DNA from: an uncultured Spirochaetota bacterium
GTDB taxonomy: Bacteria; Spirochaetota; Spirochaetia; SZUA-6; Fen-1364
Length of the DNA: 64,000 nt
Assembly: GCA_963734545.1 (NCBI GenBank)
Contig: CAVTHO010000008.1
Coordinates: 128,001 to 192,000 of the forward strand
Direction: 5' to 3'
This document shows positions 18,936 through 28,253 of this stretch, one piece after another. Each line of letters starts with the position of its first letter. Position 1 is the stretch's first letter. The position numbers and the translations under genes are program-made. The notes under the pieces were generated by a model, which ran no database searches, was not told the DNA's origin, and was given only the letters and a program-made list of their open reading frames with translations.

Positions 18936-20012
18936 GCGACGAGGTTCAAAGGTCTGCACGGCGGCCCGCAGAAAAGGTTCCTGCTGCGGGGAGGTGGCTG
19001 CTGTGGATTCTCGTTGCCCTGGCAGCGGCCGCGGCATGGTGGCTCGTGTACAGCAACCTCGAGCGCTTTGCCAACTGGCTCGTGTATGGGGCCTTTGGAA
19101 TGCCAGCCGGCACCCGGCTTGCCTCCGCCATCGCGTTCTTCATTTTCGAGGCGCCCAAGGTCCTGATGCTGCTGCTCGTGGTGGTCTTCGGTGTGGGAAT
19201 CGTACGCTCATTCTTTACACCGGAACGAACCCGGCGGCTTCTCGCCGGCCGCCGGCAGACGGCTGGGGAACGTGCTCGCTTCCCTGCTGGGAGTGGTGAC
19301 CCCATTCTGCTCCTGCTCGGCTGTGCCGCTGTTCATCGGCTTCGTCACCACGGGAGTCCCCCTCGGAGTCACCTTTTCCTTCCTCATCGCCGCTCCCATG
19401 ATCAACGAAGTGGCGCTCGTCCTCCTGTTCGGTCTTTTCGGCTGGAAGGTGGCGGCGCTCTATCTGGGAACCGGTCTCGTCATCGCAATGATCGCGGGCT
19501 GGGTGATCGGGAAGCTGCGCCTGGAGCGCTGGGTGGAAGGCTGGGTGTACGCCACGGCGCCAGCTTCCTCCACGGCCGGGTCAGAAGAGCGGATGAGCTG
19601 GACCGAGCGCTGTCTCTTCGGCCGTGATGCGGTGAGGGATATCGTCAGCAGGGTCTGGCCGTACGTGCTTGCCGGAATCGCTGTAGGTGCCGGCATCCAC
19701 GGCTATGTCCCCGAGCAGCTCATGGCCTCGATCATGGGAAAGGGAGCCTGGTGGTCCGTGCCGCTGGCAGTGATGATCGGGATCCCCATGTACTCCAACG
19801 CAGCCGGCATCATCCCCGTGGTGCAGGCGCTTCTGGAGAAAGGCGCTGCGCTGGGGACCGTGCTTGCATTCATGATGTCGGTGATCGGGCTGTCCCTGCC
19901 CGAAGTCGTGATTTTACGCAAGGTTCTCAAGCTGCCGCTCATCGCCACTTTCGTTGGTGTCGTCGGTTTCGGCATCCTGATCGTCGGCTATCTGTTCAAT
20001 ATCGTGCTGTAA
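18932..20012 (+). CDS. arsP: ArsP/DUF318 permease, one frameshift near 19260
   Basis: N-part [19 protein letters not shown] (ORF 18869); C-part [28 protein letters not shown] (ORF 19191). Confidence 0.85.
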
Positions 20013-20053
20013 GGCGCTGAGCCTGCGTCCACAGTCAAGAGGAGGTGCCTGAT

Positions 20054-20290
20054 ATGAAGATCGAAGTGCTGGGAACGGGCTGCCCGAAGTGCATGAGCCT
20101 GGAGCAGAACGTGAAGAAGGCCATCACTGAGCTCGCCGTCCAGGCGGAGGTGGAGAAAGTGACCGACATCCAGAAGATCATCCAGCGAGGCGTCATGTCG
20201 ACCCCGGCCCTGGTGATCGACGGCAAGGTGGTGCTCCAGGGAAAGAATCCCACGGTGGACCAGCTCAAGCAGCTCATCACAAGGGCATGA
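20054..20290 (+). CDS. Small redox-active disulfide protein (Thioredoxin_3)
   Basis: MKIEVLGTGCPKC, GVMSTPALVIDG. Confidence 0.9.
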   Translation: MKIEVLGTGCPKCMSLEQNVKKAITELAVQAEVEKVTDIQKIIQRGVMSTPALVIDGKVVLQGKNPTVDQLKQLITRA

Positions 20291-20293
20291 CCG

Positions 20294-20563
20294 ATGAAGA
20301 ACTATGGAACATGGAAGGGAACACCGCGGGAACAGATCCCCTGGTATCCTACGGTGGATTCCGCCAGGTGCGCGGGCTGCCGCAAATGTTTCGAGTTCTG
20401 CAGCCACGGCGTGTACGGCTGGGATGAGCGCATGGGCACCCCGACGGTGATCGAGCCTTTCCAGTGCGTCGTGGGGTGCAGCAGTTGCTCCCACCAGTGC
20501 GATGCGGAAGCGATCGCCTTCCCTCCCCTGACGATACTGAAAGAGTTCTTGAAGAGCGTATGA
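20294..20563 (+). CDS. 2x[4Fe-4S] ferredoxin-like protein
   Basis: CAGCRKCFEFC and CVVGCSSCSHQC. Confidence 0.85.
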   Translation: MKNYGTWKGTPREQIPWYPTVDSARCAGCRKCFEFCSHGVYGWDERMGTPTVIEPFQCVVGCSSCSHQCDAEAIAFPPLTILKEFLKSV

Positions 20564-20898
20564 TCCGCACCTCGATAAATGCGGGAGTGTGCGGCTTTCA
20601 CACCACCGTTGCCGCTCGTTCCGATGACATGCAGATGGTGAGCATGGAGATCTCAAGCGAGTGCGAGAAAATTCGCGGGCTTGCGGAAGCCCTGAAGCTT
20701 CCCGTCGACGCCTATCAGGAGATCGGCGACGGGTCCGATGGAATCGTGCTCAAGGCGGCACGCTCGCGCTTGACGGGCTGCTGCGCCGGCTGCGCAGTGC
20801 CGAGCGCTGTTTTCAAGACCGTCCAGGTGGCGGGGGGCGTCGCCTTGCCTGCACCGGTCTCTTTCACCATCGAGCGAATAGAGGAAAACAGGCTGTGA
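20560..20898 (+). CDS. Cys-containing conserved hypothetical protein (DUF6951-like)
   Basis: INAGVCGFHT, SECEKI, CCAGCAVP; ATGA overlap. Confidence 0.7.
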   Translation: MIRTSINAGVCGFHTTVAARSDDMQMVSMEISSECEKIRGLAEALKLPVDAYQEIGDGSDGIVLKAARSRLTGCCAGCAVPSAVFKTVQVAGGVALPAPVSFTIERIEENRL

Positions 20899-20908
20899 AC
20901 ACGGCATC

Positions 20909-21316
20909 ATGGTAACGGGGATCATGGAAAGGATACTGCGGGGCGCAGCCATGGTACTGGTGTTCACGCTGCTGCTTATCGGCTGCACCAAATCGGAAGG
21001 CTCTCAGGCGGTGGACGCAAACCCCAAAGGCAATGAGCTCGTTACCTTCGTAGAGCTTGGGTCCGTCAACTGCATCCCCTGTCGAATGATGCAGCCGGTC
21101 ATGCGGGACATCGAAAGCACATACCGAGGGCAGGTAAAGGTCGTTTTCCATGATGTGTGGACTGAGGAAGGCAAACCGTACGCCAAGCAATTCGGCATTC
21201 GCGTGATTCCTACGCAGGTTTTCCTTGACGCGAACGGCGTCGAGTACTTTCGGCACGAAGGATTCTTCTCCAAGGAACAGCTGGTCGCGGTCCTCAAGGC
21301 GAAGGGCGTGCAATGA
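20909..21316 (+). CDS. Thioredoxin-family lipoprotein
   Basis: Lipobox LIGC; ELGSVNCIPC; IRVIPTQVF. Confidence 0.88.
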   Translation: MVTGIMERILRGAAMVLVFTLLLIGCTKSEGSQAVDANPKGNELVTFVELGSVNCIPCRMMQPVMRDIESTYRGQVKVVFHDVWTEEGKPYAKQFGIRVIPTQVFLDANGVEYFRHEGFFSKEQLVAVLKAKGVQ

Positions 21317-22014
21317 GCCTGATCGCGGCGGCATTCACCGCGGTCACAGGCTGGTTCGAAGCCTCGATCGGCATCGCGATCGGGGCCGCATTTCTCTGGG
21401 GCATCTGTTCTGTTGTCCTTTCTCCCTGCCACGTCGCGAGTGTCCCGCTTGTCATCGGGTACGTGAACGGAAAAGGAAGAGTGCCGCCGAAGACAGCGCT
21501 GCTGCTCTCCCTGTCGTTCGCTCTAGGCATCCTGGTAACCATCGCGGTGGTAGGAGGCATCACCGCGGCTTTGGGCAGGATGCTGGGCGATGTCGGGGCG
21601 TTGAAGTACGTGGTGGCTGCCGTGTTCGCCATGGTCGGCCTGTGGCTCATTGGGGTCATCCGGCTGCCGAACCTGACCACGAGGCGTAACGATCGTCTGC
21701 AGGGGCATGGCGCAGCAGGAGCCATCGGACTCGGTCTGGTGTTCGGTCTTGCCCTTGGCCCCTGCTCATTCGGGTTCATGATGCCGCTGCTTGTAGTTGC
21801 TTTCCGGCAGGCCGCCGCTCACCCTATGGCCGCGGCAGGCCTCATCGGCGCGTACGCGCTCGGCCACACGGGGGTGATCGTTCTTGCCGGGACGTTTGCC
21901 AGCGTCGTTCAGCGCTGGCTGGACTGGAACGAGCGCTCCGCGGGCACAAAGATCGTGCGCATCGTGTGCGGAGTGCTTGTAATGACGGCGGGGATCGCCA
22001 TGGCCATTACATAA
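21313..22014 (+). CDS. ccdA: CcdA/DsbD-type transmembrane disulfide transporter
   Basis: LSPCH and LGPCS Pro-Cys pairs in about 6 TMs. Confidence 0.85.
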   Translation: MSLIAAAFTAVTGWFEASIGIAIGAAFLWGICSVVLSPCHVASVPLVIGYVNGKGRVPPKTALLLSLSFALGILVTIAVVGGITAALGRMLGDVGALKYVVAAVFAMVGLWLIGVIRLPNLTTRRNDRLQGHGAAGAIGLGLVFGLALGPCSFGFMMPLLVVAFRQAAAHPMAAAGLIGAYALGHTGVIVLAGTFASVVQRWLDWNERSAGTKIVRIVCGVLVMTAGIAMAIT

Positions 22015-22037
22015 AGGAAGACAAATTGCGCGAGCTC

Positions 22038-22069
22038 TTGACCCTGGAACAGGGTCCAGGGTTCATATT
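22038..22069 (+). promoter_or_regulatory. MerR-family (ZntR/CadR-like) promoter-operator
   Basis: TTGACC-N20-CATATT with dyad ACCCTGGA-N6-TCCAGGGT. Confidence 0.65.
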
Positions 22070-22226
22070 ACATCGGCTGGCACCACTACTGGTTGGCGTA
22101 GTGCCCGAAAGGCTGCCGGCTTGAAAACGGCAAAGGTGTTGAGAGACGATTGAACGATTCCCGGCGGGCTCACGGCACTTCGGCTCGTACGTATTCAGCT
22201 CCCTCCGGCATGTACCGATAGTCGTA

Positions 22227-22925
22227 TTGATGACACGCGCGCACGTTTTCCTCCTGCTTTTTCTCCCTGCCGCCATTTTCAGCCAGAATGTCCGGGTCGC
22301 TGAGCTCAGCCTGAGCAGCATCGGCGATTCCCCGCACATGTATACCATCCTTGCGGCCGCCGTGGGGCGCTTCGACGTGGTTGCCGCGGACGATGTGAAG
22401 GATGCCGGCCACATGGAAAAAGTGCTCGCCGCCATGGATGAAAGATGGGAAGCGTGCGGAAATGGAAACGGGGTTTCCGGATTTTTTTACAGCGACCGGG
22501 TCCAGCTCGTAAGGGAGCTGGGTGTCTACGCCAGGAAAGGACAGTTTGCCCGACCCCCTTTTGGAGCACAATTCAGGCTTTCCGGGTCGCGCTTCCTGTT
22601 CAACCTCATTGCCTGCCCCATCACGTCGAACAAGGACAGGAAGGCGGCGGCAGCCGAGATTCTCCATCTCGTCGAGGCATATCGCTATTTCGAGAAGCTG
22701 ACGGGGAATCGAGGGATCACCATCCTGGCCGGGCGCTTCGGCAATGAGCACGCACAGGCGTTCAAATCGCTCCTTGCCGCGGCCAAAGGAGAGGTGATCG
22801 CGGTAAAGGGAGGGGGAAACGAGCGCATGATCGCGAGCGCAGCGCTCCGCCCTCGGATCCAGGATGCAGGTACCGGCCGTGCGGCTCCCCATCCCGTTTA
22901 CGTCGTTCTGAAATCCGGAAAATAG
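22227..22925 (+). CDS. Secreted DNase I-like (EEP) fold protein, catalytic motifs degenerate
   Basis: Signal peptide; RFDVVA, FARPPFGAQF, ILAGRFG, PHPVYV occur in DNase I motif order. Confidence 0.5.
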   Translation: MMTRAHVFLLLFLPAAIFSQNVRVAELSLSSIGDSPHMYTILAAAVGRFDVVAADDVKDAGHMEKVLAAMDERWEACGNGNGVSGFFYSDRVQLVRELGVYARKGQFARPPFGAQFRLSGSRFLFNLIACPITSNKDRKAAAAEILHLVEAYRYFEKLTGNRGITILAGRFGNEHAQAFKSLLAAAKGEVIAVKGGGNERMIASAALRPRIQDAGTGRAAPHPVYVVLKSGK

Positions 22926-22963
22926 GGGAAGGGCTGACGCCGTGGCGCGTCGCCCCTCCCCTT
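22924..22963. terminator. GC-rich hairpin between convergent genes
   Basis: AGGGGAAGGGC-TGACGC...GCGTC-GCCCCTCCCCT inverted repeat. Confidence 0.45.
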
Positions 22964-22979
22964 CCTGCCGCTGCCCGGC

Positions 22980-23975
22980 TCACTTGCCCATCATGGCTGC
23001 CTGAACGGAAAAGATGGGGCAGTTGACGTCTGCCACGCCCTGCGCAAGCACCATGGAGTCCATGACCGAGTCCAGCTTCATGACTTTGTCGAAATACATG
23101 TTGTCGTAGGGGCTGACCGACCACAACGGAGAATAGCCCTTTTGACCCGGGAGGGTGGCGACGACGTTGTGCGTCTGCATAGACATGGCCGCCATCTTGA
23201 ATCCCGACGAGGGACCGCCGTTTGCCATGCCCGGATTGACATTGAACGTCACATAGATCGGCGAAACAGGCACCCTGCCATCGGCCGTCACCATGAGAGG
23301 CGCCTCGGTGAAATTGAAGTATGTCACGATCTTGTTCCGATACCACCCCTGGTGCAGGCCGGTATCGCTGCCGCTGAGACGGTGCTGCGCCGTCGAGCCG
23401 TCGGGAACGATCGGGCAATTCACGATCGTGTTCGTCGGCGTTGCCGCATACCCCGCGTCCTTCAGCGCCTGAAGGCTCCCGATGGAGTTCGGAGTGTAGT
23501 CTGCGGGAACGGCGACCCGATTGATCTGCCAGAAATCGTTGTACCCGGGATCGCCGGGGATGACGTCCACGATATTGAGCTGGCCCGCGACCGGGGAGCT
23601 CTCCCCCGCGCGGTACAGCACGTAGATCGGGGCAGGGATGGTGGGCTGCACGTCGAAGTTGTAGTACATGACGGTCTCGCCATGCGGACCGAGCCCCGTG
23701 GTGACGAATGGCGGCGTGTCGAAGTCCACCGGTACGTTGGGTCCCGGCAGATGGTTCATCGAATCGCGCATCTGCAGATGACCTGATGCGGAGCTGAACC
23801 GGTCGATGGACACCCGCTCGGCCTTCATGGGGTCCATCATCATGGGCGATTCCTTCATCATTCCCTTGTCCGCCGTCATCGTGCCGGCGGTGGTCGCGCA
23901 GCCCGTGACGATGAGGGCAAGAGCGGCAATGCCCGCCGCCAGGACACGTGGGACGAATTGCGAAGTCTGCATCAT
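22980..23975 (-). CDS. Lipoprotein with Met-rich N-terminus and two tandem homologous domains
   Basis: Lipobox VTGC; KGMMKESPMMMDPMK; duplicated YxNF..PIYV..PG..GY..W..VNCPI. Confidence 0.75.
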   Translation of the reverse strand: MMQTSQFVPRVLAAGIAALALIVTGCATTAGTMTADKGMMKESPMMMDPMKAERVSIDRFSSASGHLQMRDSMNHLPGPNVPVDFDTPPFVTTGLGPHGETVMYYNFDVQPTIPAPIYVLYRAGESSPVAGQLNIVDVIPGDPGYNDFWQINRVAVPADYTPNSIGSLQALKDAGYAATPTNTIVNCPIVPDGSTAQHRLSGSDTGLHQGWYRNKIVTYFNFTEAPLMVTADGRVPVSPIYVTFNVNPGMANGGPSSGFKMAAMSMQTHNVVATLPGQKGYSPLWSVSPYDNMYFDKVMKLDSVMDSMVLAQGVADVNCPIFSVQAAMMGK

Positions 23976-23994
23976 ATGTTCCTCCTGGTGCCAC

Positions 23995-24031
23995 AAGGTA
24001 CGGAGGAATCCTCACGCAACTCTCACGAAAG
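23995..24031 (-). promoter_or_regulatory. OmpR/PhoB-like direct-repeat box plus -10 (copy 2)
   Basis: Minus strand CTTTCGTGAGAGTTGCGTGAGGATTCCTCCGTACCTT. Confidence 0.5.
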
Positions 24032-24077
24032 GTTAAAGTGTGTGTCACAGTCCGGCCGACAGCTCGGGAGCGCCTGT

Positions 24078-24851
24078 TCAGCGCCCGCCGTTGGACAGGG
24101 TGCTCGCCGCGACGCGGGTGCCTTCTGACAGGGAGTGGTCGAGGAACCAGAGGTAGAGCCGCGAATCCCGGTAGGTCATGGTCCAGCAGTCGTGCGCCAG
24201 GTCCGGGTAGACCGTGAGCCGGGCATCGGCGCCGGACCTCCGGAGAGTGTCGACCATTTTCCTCGACTCGGAAACCGGAACATTGGCATCCTGCGCCCCG
24301 TGAAATGCCCAGATCGGGATGCCGGCGAGGCGCGGGACCTCGGGAAGATCGCTCATACCGCAGATCGGCGCGATGGCGGCAAACGTGCGGGGAAACGCGG
24401 CCGCCGTCTGCCACGTTCCATAACCACCCATGCTGAAACCCGTCAGATACACGCGGTCCCGGTCGATCCGCAGCATCGATTCGACGGAATCGAGGACGCG
24501 CTTCACGATTCCGGGCGGCCAATGCATATTCCGCGGACACTGGGGAATCACGGCAACGAACGGGAAGTCTCCCAGCTTCTCCGCAAAGGTCAGGAGAGCG
24601 AGATCCTGGAGCAGGGACGGATCGTCACCCCGCTGCTCGCTGCCGTGAAGGAAGAGGATGAGGGGCCACTGGGCGGCGGCATCCCGCGCGTACGAGCGTG
24701 GAACATAGAGGAGATAGTTCACGTGATCCGCGATCGAATGGGCGAGGGACAAGCGGTGCACCGAGCGGCCAATGGGGAGCCCCTCGTCTGCCGCCGATGC
24801 GGAGGTCGCAATCAAGGCGGCGAGGATCAGGCCCGACCATCCATGCTTCAT
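24078..24851 (-). CDS. Secreted alpha/beta hydrolase (phospholipase/carboxylesterase, predicted peptidase)
   Basis: PLILFLHG, TGFSMGG, WAFHGAQD, HDCW. Confidence 0.88.
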   Translation of the reverse strand: MKHGWSGLILAALIATSASAADEGLPIGRSVHRLSLAHSIADHVNYLLYVPRSYARDAAAQWPLILFLHGSEQRGDDPSLLQDLALLTFAEKLGDFPFVAVIPQCPRNMHWPPGIVKRVLDSVESMLRIDRDRVYLTGFSMGGYGTWQTAAAFPRTFAAIAPICGMSDLPEVPRLAGIPIWAFHGAQDANVPVSESRKMVDTLRRSGADARLTVYPDLAHDCWTMTYRDSRLYLWFLDHSLSEGTRVAASTLSNGGR

Positions 24852-25020
24852 ATCCTGAGAATACCGCAAAGAGACTTCCGTGCCTGTCATGCAGGTAATG
24901 ACAGCATGTCATAGATTTTCGACAGAAGTCTCAACGATTCGCTGACGCGCCGCGCTCTCCCCGGTGCCTATCATTGAACTGAATTTGGAAACCGTGGAAG
25001 CCCACGGTTGAGGAGGTCAC

Positions 25021-26853
25021 ATGAAGAAGTACATCCTGAGGGGAGCCGGCCTGGCCGTGCTCCTGCTCGCAGCGATCCTGGGATGCCAGACGGCACAGCC
25101 CGCGCTCGTCGCGCCGGCAGAGAGTGCTGTTCAGGTGGAGAAGTCAGGTTTCTCCCCCGCAGGGGCAGCAGGCCAGACCAGCATCGACATCTCTCTCCTC
25201 TATGGAAGCGGGGATGCAATCAAGTCCTGGAAGGTTGAGTTGATGAGCATCGGAAAGGTTTTCAAAACCTGGACCGGTGATGCCTCCTACCTTCCCGCGA
25301 GCCTGAGCTGGGATGGCAAGACCGATGCCGGCACGATTGCAAACGAGGGCACCTACACGGCAAGGCTCTCCATCGACTACGCTTCGAAGTATCAATCGGC
25401 GGCTGTCGAGAGTCGAAGCTTTATACTGGACATCAGCCCGCCCACAGGTACCATCGCCCTCGATCCGCCCCAGTTCACGCCGTCGGAGAATGGAGTGGCA
25501 GGGCCGCTCACCCTGACGATCAACGCGAGCTCTGCCCTCGCGCATATGGACTCATGGTCCCTGGACGTGTACGACATGGCCGGGGGGCTCGTGAAGAGCT
25601 GGAGCGGGCAATGGCCGAACGCGTCGACCTCCTGGGATGGCTCCGCGATGAGCGGAGGGTTCGTCCGCCCCGCCGGGGTCTACACAGCCGTGGCCACGGT
25701 GCGCGATGAGTACGGCAACTCGGCAAAGCTGAAGAAGGACGTCACAGTGGCACAGCTGCTGACAGCCGCGCCTGCGCCCGCTCCTGCCCTCCCGAAGCCG
25801 GGTGTGGCTTCAATCGCCGCCCAGAGCCCGGGATTCTCGCCGAACGGCGACCAGACTGCCGACACAATGACGTTCGCGCTCGGGTACGGGCAGCCCTCCG
25901 CGGTCACAACGTGGAAAGTGACTGTCGCGGATCTGCGCGGGGGAACCCAGAAGACCTGGACCGGAAACGGCGGCAATCTGCCCGACCACCTCGTATGGGA
26001 CGGCAATTCGGAAGCAGGCGCCCTGGCCCCCGAGGGTGAGTACACGGCAACCCTCGCGGTCAATTACGGAAGCGCGTTCACTCCCGCAATCGCGACGAGC
26101 GCAAGCTTCGCTCTGGACGTCACCCCGCCGACCGGGACGATCTCGCTTTCGTCTGCGCTCTTCTCGCCCATCGAGTCGTCCGACAGGATCACCCTGACGC
26201 TCAGCGCGAGCTCGAAAGTAGCGAAGATCGACAGCTGGACGATGGACGTTTATGATCCGGGAGGAAATGTGTTCCGCAGCTTCTCCGCAAAATGGCCGGC
26301 GAGCACCGCCGTCTGGGACGGCAAGAGCGCCCGCGGGGAAATGGTGCAGTCGGCGGAAGACTACCCCGTGGTGGCGAAGGTGCGCGATCAGTTCGGCAAC
26401 GTGGGCATCGTGAAAGCCACGGTGCCGGTCGATATCCTCGTGGAGAAAACCGCAACGGGATACCGGATTCTCGCGTCACGCATCTTTTTCAAGGCCTTCA
26501 CTGCGGACTACAAAGATGTTCCCCCCGAGCTTGCCCGGCAGAACATGTCCCGCCTCGACGCGCTGGCCGCGAAGCTGAAGAAGTTCACGGGGTACAAGAT
26601 GAATATTGTCGGTCACGCAGTGATGATTTTCTGGGACGACGCGGCAAGGGGCAAGGTGGAGCAGCAGGACATCCTGATCCCCCTCTCCAAGGCACGGGCG
26701 GACGCGGTGGAAGCGGCGCTCGCGGAAAGGGGCCTTGACAAGGCGCGCTTCACCACGGAAGGGGTCGGCGCATCGGAGCAGCTGGTTCCGGACAGCGACT
26801 ACAAGGACCGATGGCAGAACAGGAGAGTCGCGCTGTTTCTTGAAAGAGAGTAG
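25021..26853 (+). CDS. Lipoprotein with FlgD-like Ig repeats and C-terminal OmpA-like domain
   Basis: Lipobox ILGC; repeated FSP..SW...WDG units; LSKARA...NRRV. Confidence 0.88.
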   Translation: MKKYILRGAGLAVLLLAAILGCQTAQPALVAPAESAVQVEKSGFSPAGAAGQTSIDISLLYGSGDAIKSWKVELMSIGKVFKTWTGDASYLPASLSWDGKTDAGTIANEGTYTARLSIDYASKYQSAAVESRSFILDISPPTGTIALDPPQFTPSENGVAGPLTLTINASSALAHMDSWSLDVYDMAGGLVKSWSGQWPNASTSWDGSAMSGGFVRPAGVYTAVATVRDEYGNSAKLKKDVTVAQLLTAAPAPAPALPKPGVASIAAQSPGFSPNGDQTADTMTFALGYGQPSAVTTWKVTVADLRGGTQKTWTGNGGNLPDHLVWDGNSEAGALAPEGEYTATLAVNYGSAFTPAIATSASFALDVTPPTGTISLSSALFSPIESSDRITLTLSASSKVAKIDSWTMDVYDPGGNVFRSFSAKWPASTAVWDGKSARGEMVQSAEDYPVVAKVRDQFGNVGIVKATVPVDILVEKTATGYRILASRIFFKAFTADYKDVPPELARQNMSRLDALAAKLKKFTGYKMNIVGHAVMIFWDDAARGKVEQQDILIPLSKARADAVEAALAERGLDKARFTTEGVGASEQLVPDSDYKDRWQNRRVALFLERE

Positions 26854-26938
26854 GGCGCCGCGGTATTCCGCGGATTCGGGCGCCGCGGTATTCCGCGGAT
26901 TCGTGGCGCCGCGGTATTCCGCGGATTCGGCGCCGCGG
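26854..26938. repeat. Three tandem 25-bp REP-like palindromes plus a partial fourth
   Basis: GGCGCCGCGGTATTCCGCGGATTCG at 26854, 26879 and 26905. Confidence 0.9.
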
Positions 26939-26955
26939 CCCGACGTATCTCGCAT

Positions 26956-28140
26956 TCACGGGCCGGTGACCGCGGCAACCGCGACACTCCCGGGCCGGGC
27001 CCCTGCCTTGAAGGGGGAGCCGCTCACCGCCGTGAGCGCCCCGCTCGCCGCGTTGATCGTGAAAGCAGAGACGTTGTTGCTGCCGTAGTTTGCCACGTAG
27101 ACATAGTTCCCCGTCGGGTCTATCGCGATGCCTCTTGGGCTCGACCCGACAGGAACGGGCGAACCGCGTATCTCTTTCAGCGCCCCGCTGCCCGGGCTGA
27201 TCGTGTAGGCAGAGATGGTCGCGTCCGTAGCGTTTGCGACGTAGACAAACTTCCCCGTCGGGTCCACGGCGAGATCCCAGGGGCTGGACCCGGCGGGGAA
27301 AGGCGAGCCACGTACCTCGGCAAGCTCCCCGCTGCTTTGGCTCATCGCGTAAGCGGAGACGGTGGCGCTCCCGTTGTTCGTGACAAAGATAAACTTCCCT
27401 GTCGGGTCGACTGAGACGCCTACAGGGTACACACCGGCGGCGATGGCCGAGCCTCTGACCGCCGTGCGCGCCCCTGTGCCCGAGCCGACGGCGTACGTGG
27501 ATACGTCCCTGCTTCCATTGTTTGCCACGTAGACATACTTTCCCGTCAGGTCTGCGGCGACACCAGCGGGAGACGACCCGGCGGCGAACGGCGACCCCTT
27601 TGCGGCTGTGAGCGCCCCGCTGCCCGCGTTGATCGCATAGGCGGACAAGCTGTCGCTTCCGTAGTTGGTAACATAGATCAGTTTCCCGGCAGGATCCGCG
27701 GCCACATGCCAGGGTCCTGTTTCGGCGGCAAAAGGCGAGCCGCTTACCTCGGCAAGCGCCCCGGTGCCAGCGTTGATCGCGTACGCGGAGACGTCGTTGC
27801 TCCCATAGTTTGCGACGTACACAAACTTACCCTTCGGGTCTACCGCAACGCCCCTCGGGCCCGTCCCGGTGGCGAAGGGCGAACCGTTCACCTCGGTAAG
27901 CGCCCCGCTGCTCATGTCGATCGCGTAGGCAGAGACGGTATTGCTGTTGGTGTTTGCCACGTAGACAAAATACCGGCTTGTTCCGGGAGAGGGCGGCACG
28001 GAGGGCTCCGTGGAGGGCAGGGGCGTCGTCCCGGCCCCGACAGAGGCACAGCCGGCCATCAGGAGCGAGGCTGTTCCCAGCACAAGTACCGTCACGATGA
28101 CGCTCCCGAATACCTTGAGACGACCCTCTCCTGTACTCAT
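26956..28140 (-). CDS. Lactonase-family 7-bladed beta-propeller lipoprotein
   Basis: Lipobox MAGC; seven repeats of YVAN..S..VSAY.I....GAL..V.GSPF..G..P..VAVDP.GK. Confidence 0.85.
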   Translation of the reverse strand: MSTGEGRLKVFGSVIVTVLVLGTASLLMAGCASVGAGTTPLPSTEPSVPPSPGTSRYFVYVANTNSNTVSAYAIDMSSGALTEVNGSPFATGTGPRGVAVDPKGKFVYVANYGSNDVSAYAINAGTGALAEVSGSPFAAETGPWHVAADPAGKLIYVTNYGSDSLSAYAINAGSGALTAAKGSPFAAGSSPAGVAADLTGKYVYVANNGSRDVSTYAVGSGTGARTAVRGSAIAAGVYPVGVSVDPTGKFIFVTNNGSATVSAYAMSQSSGELAEVRGSPFPAGSSPWDLAVDPTGKFVYVANATDATISAYTISPGSGALKEIRGSPVPVGSSPRGIAIDPTGNYVYVANYGSNNVSAFTINAASGALTAVSGSPFKAGARPGSVAVAAVTGP

Positions 28141-28253
28141 GATTCCCTCCCAATGCACTTTCGTCCAGTCTCGCGCAAATTAAGAAAATTTAAAATACCC
28201 ATAACAGTACCTGAACTTCCCCTCCATACATTTCTTCATGGAGGTTACTAGAC

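Noticed and set aside
19250-19275. arsP frameshift as real inactivation or recoding
   Set aside because: No slippery sequence seen; both halves are intact, so a single-base error is more likely, though unproven.
20294-20563. Ferredoxin as HgcB (mercury methylation)
   Set aside because: No adjacent hgcA and no C-terminal Cys pair.
24989-25010. Hairpin AACCGTGG/CCACGGTT before the OmpA-lipoprotein RBS as a riboswitch
   Set aside because: Single short stem with no recognisable aptamer consensus.
26854-26938. Tandem 25-bp palindromic repeats as a CRISPR array
   Set aside because: Units abut with 0-1 nt between them, no unique spacers, no cas genes.
26956-28140. Internal DNA repeats as a mobile or diversity-generating element
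   Set aside because: They are the seven blades of a beta-propeller; no reverse transcriptase or template repeat.
28213-28238. Sigma-E-like promoter (GAACTT) upstream of degP
   Set aside because: The -10 element and spacing fit poorly and it does not match the GCAACC/GGTATAC motif.
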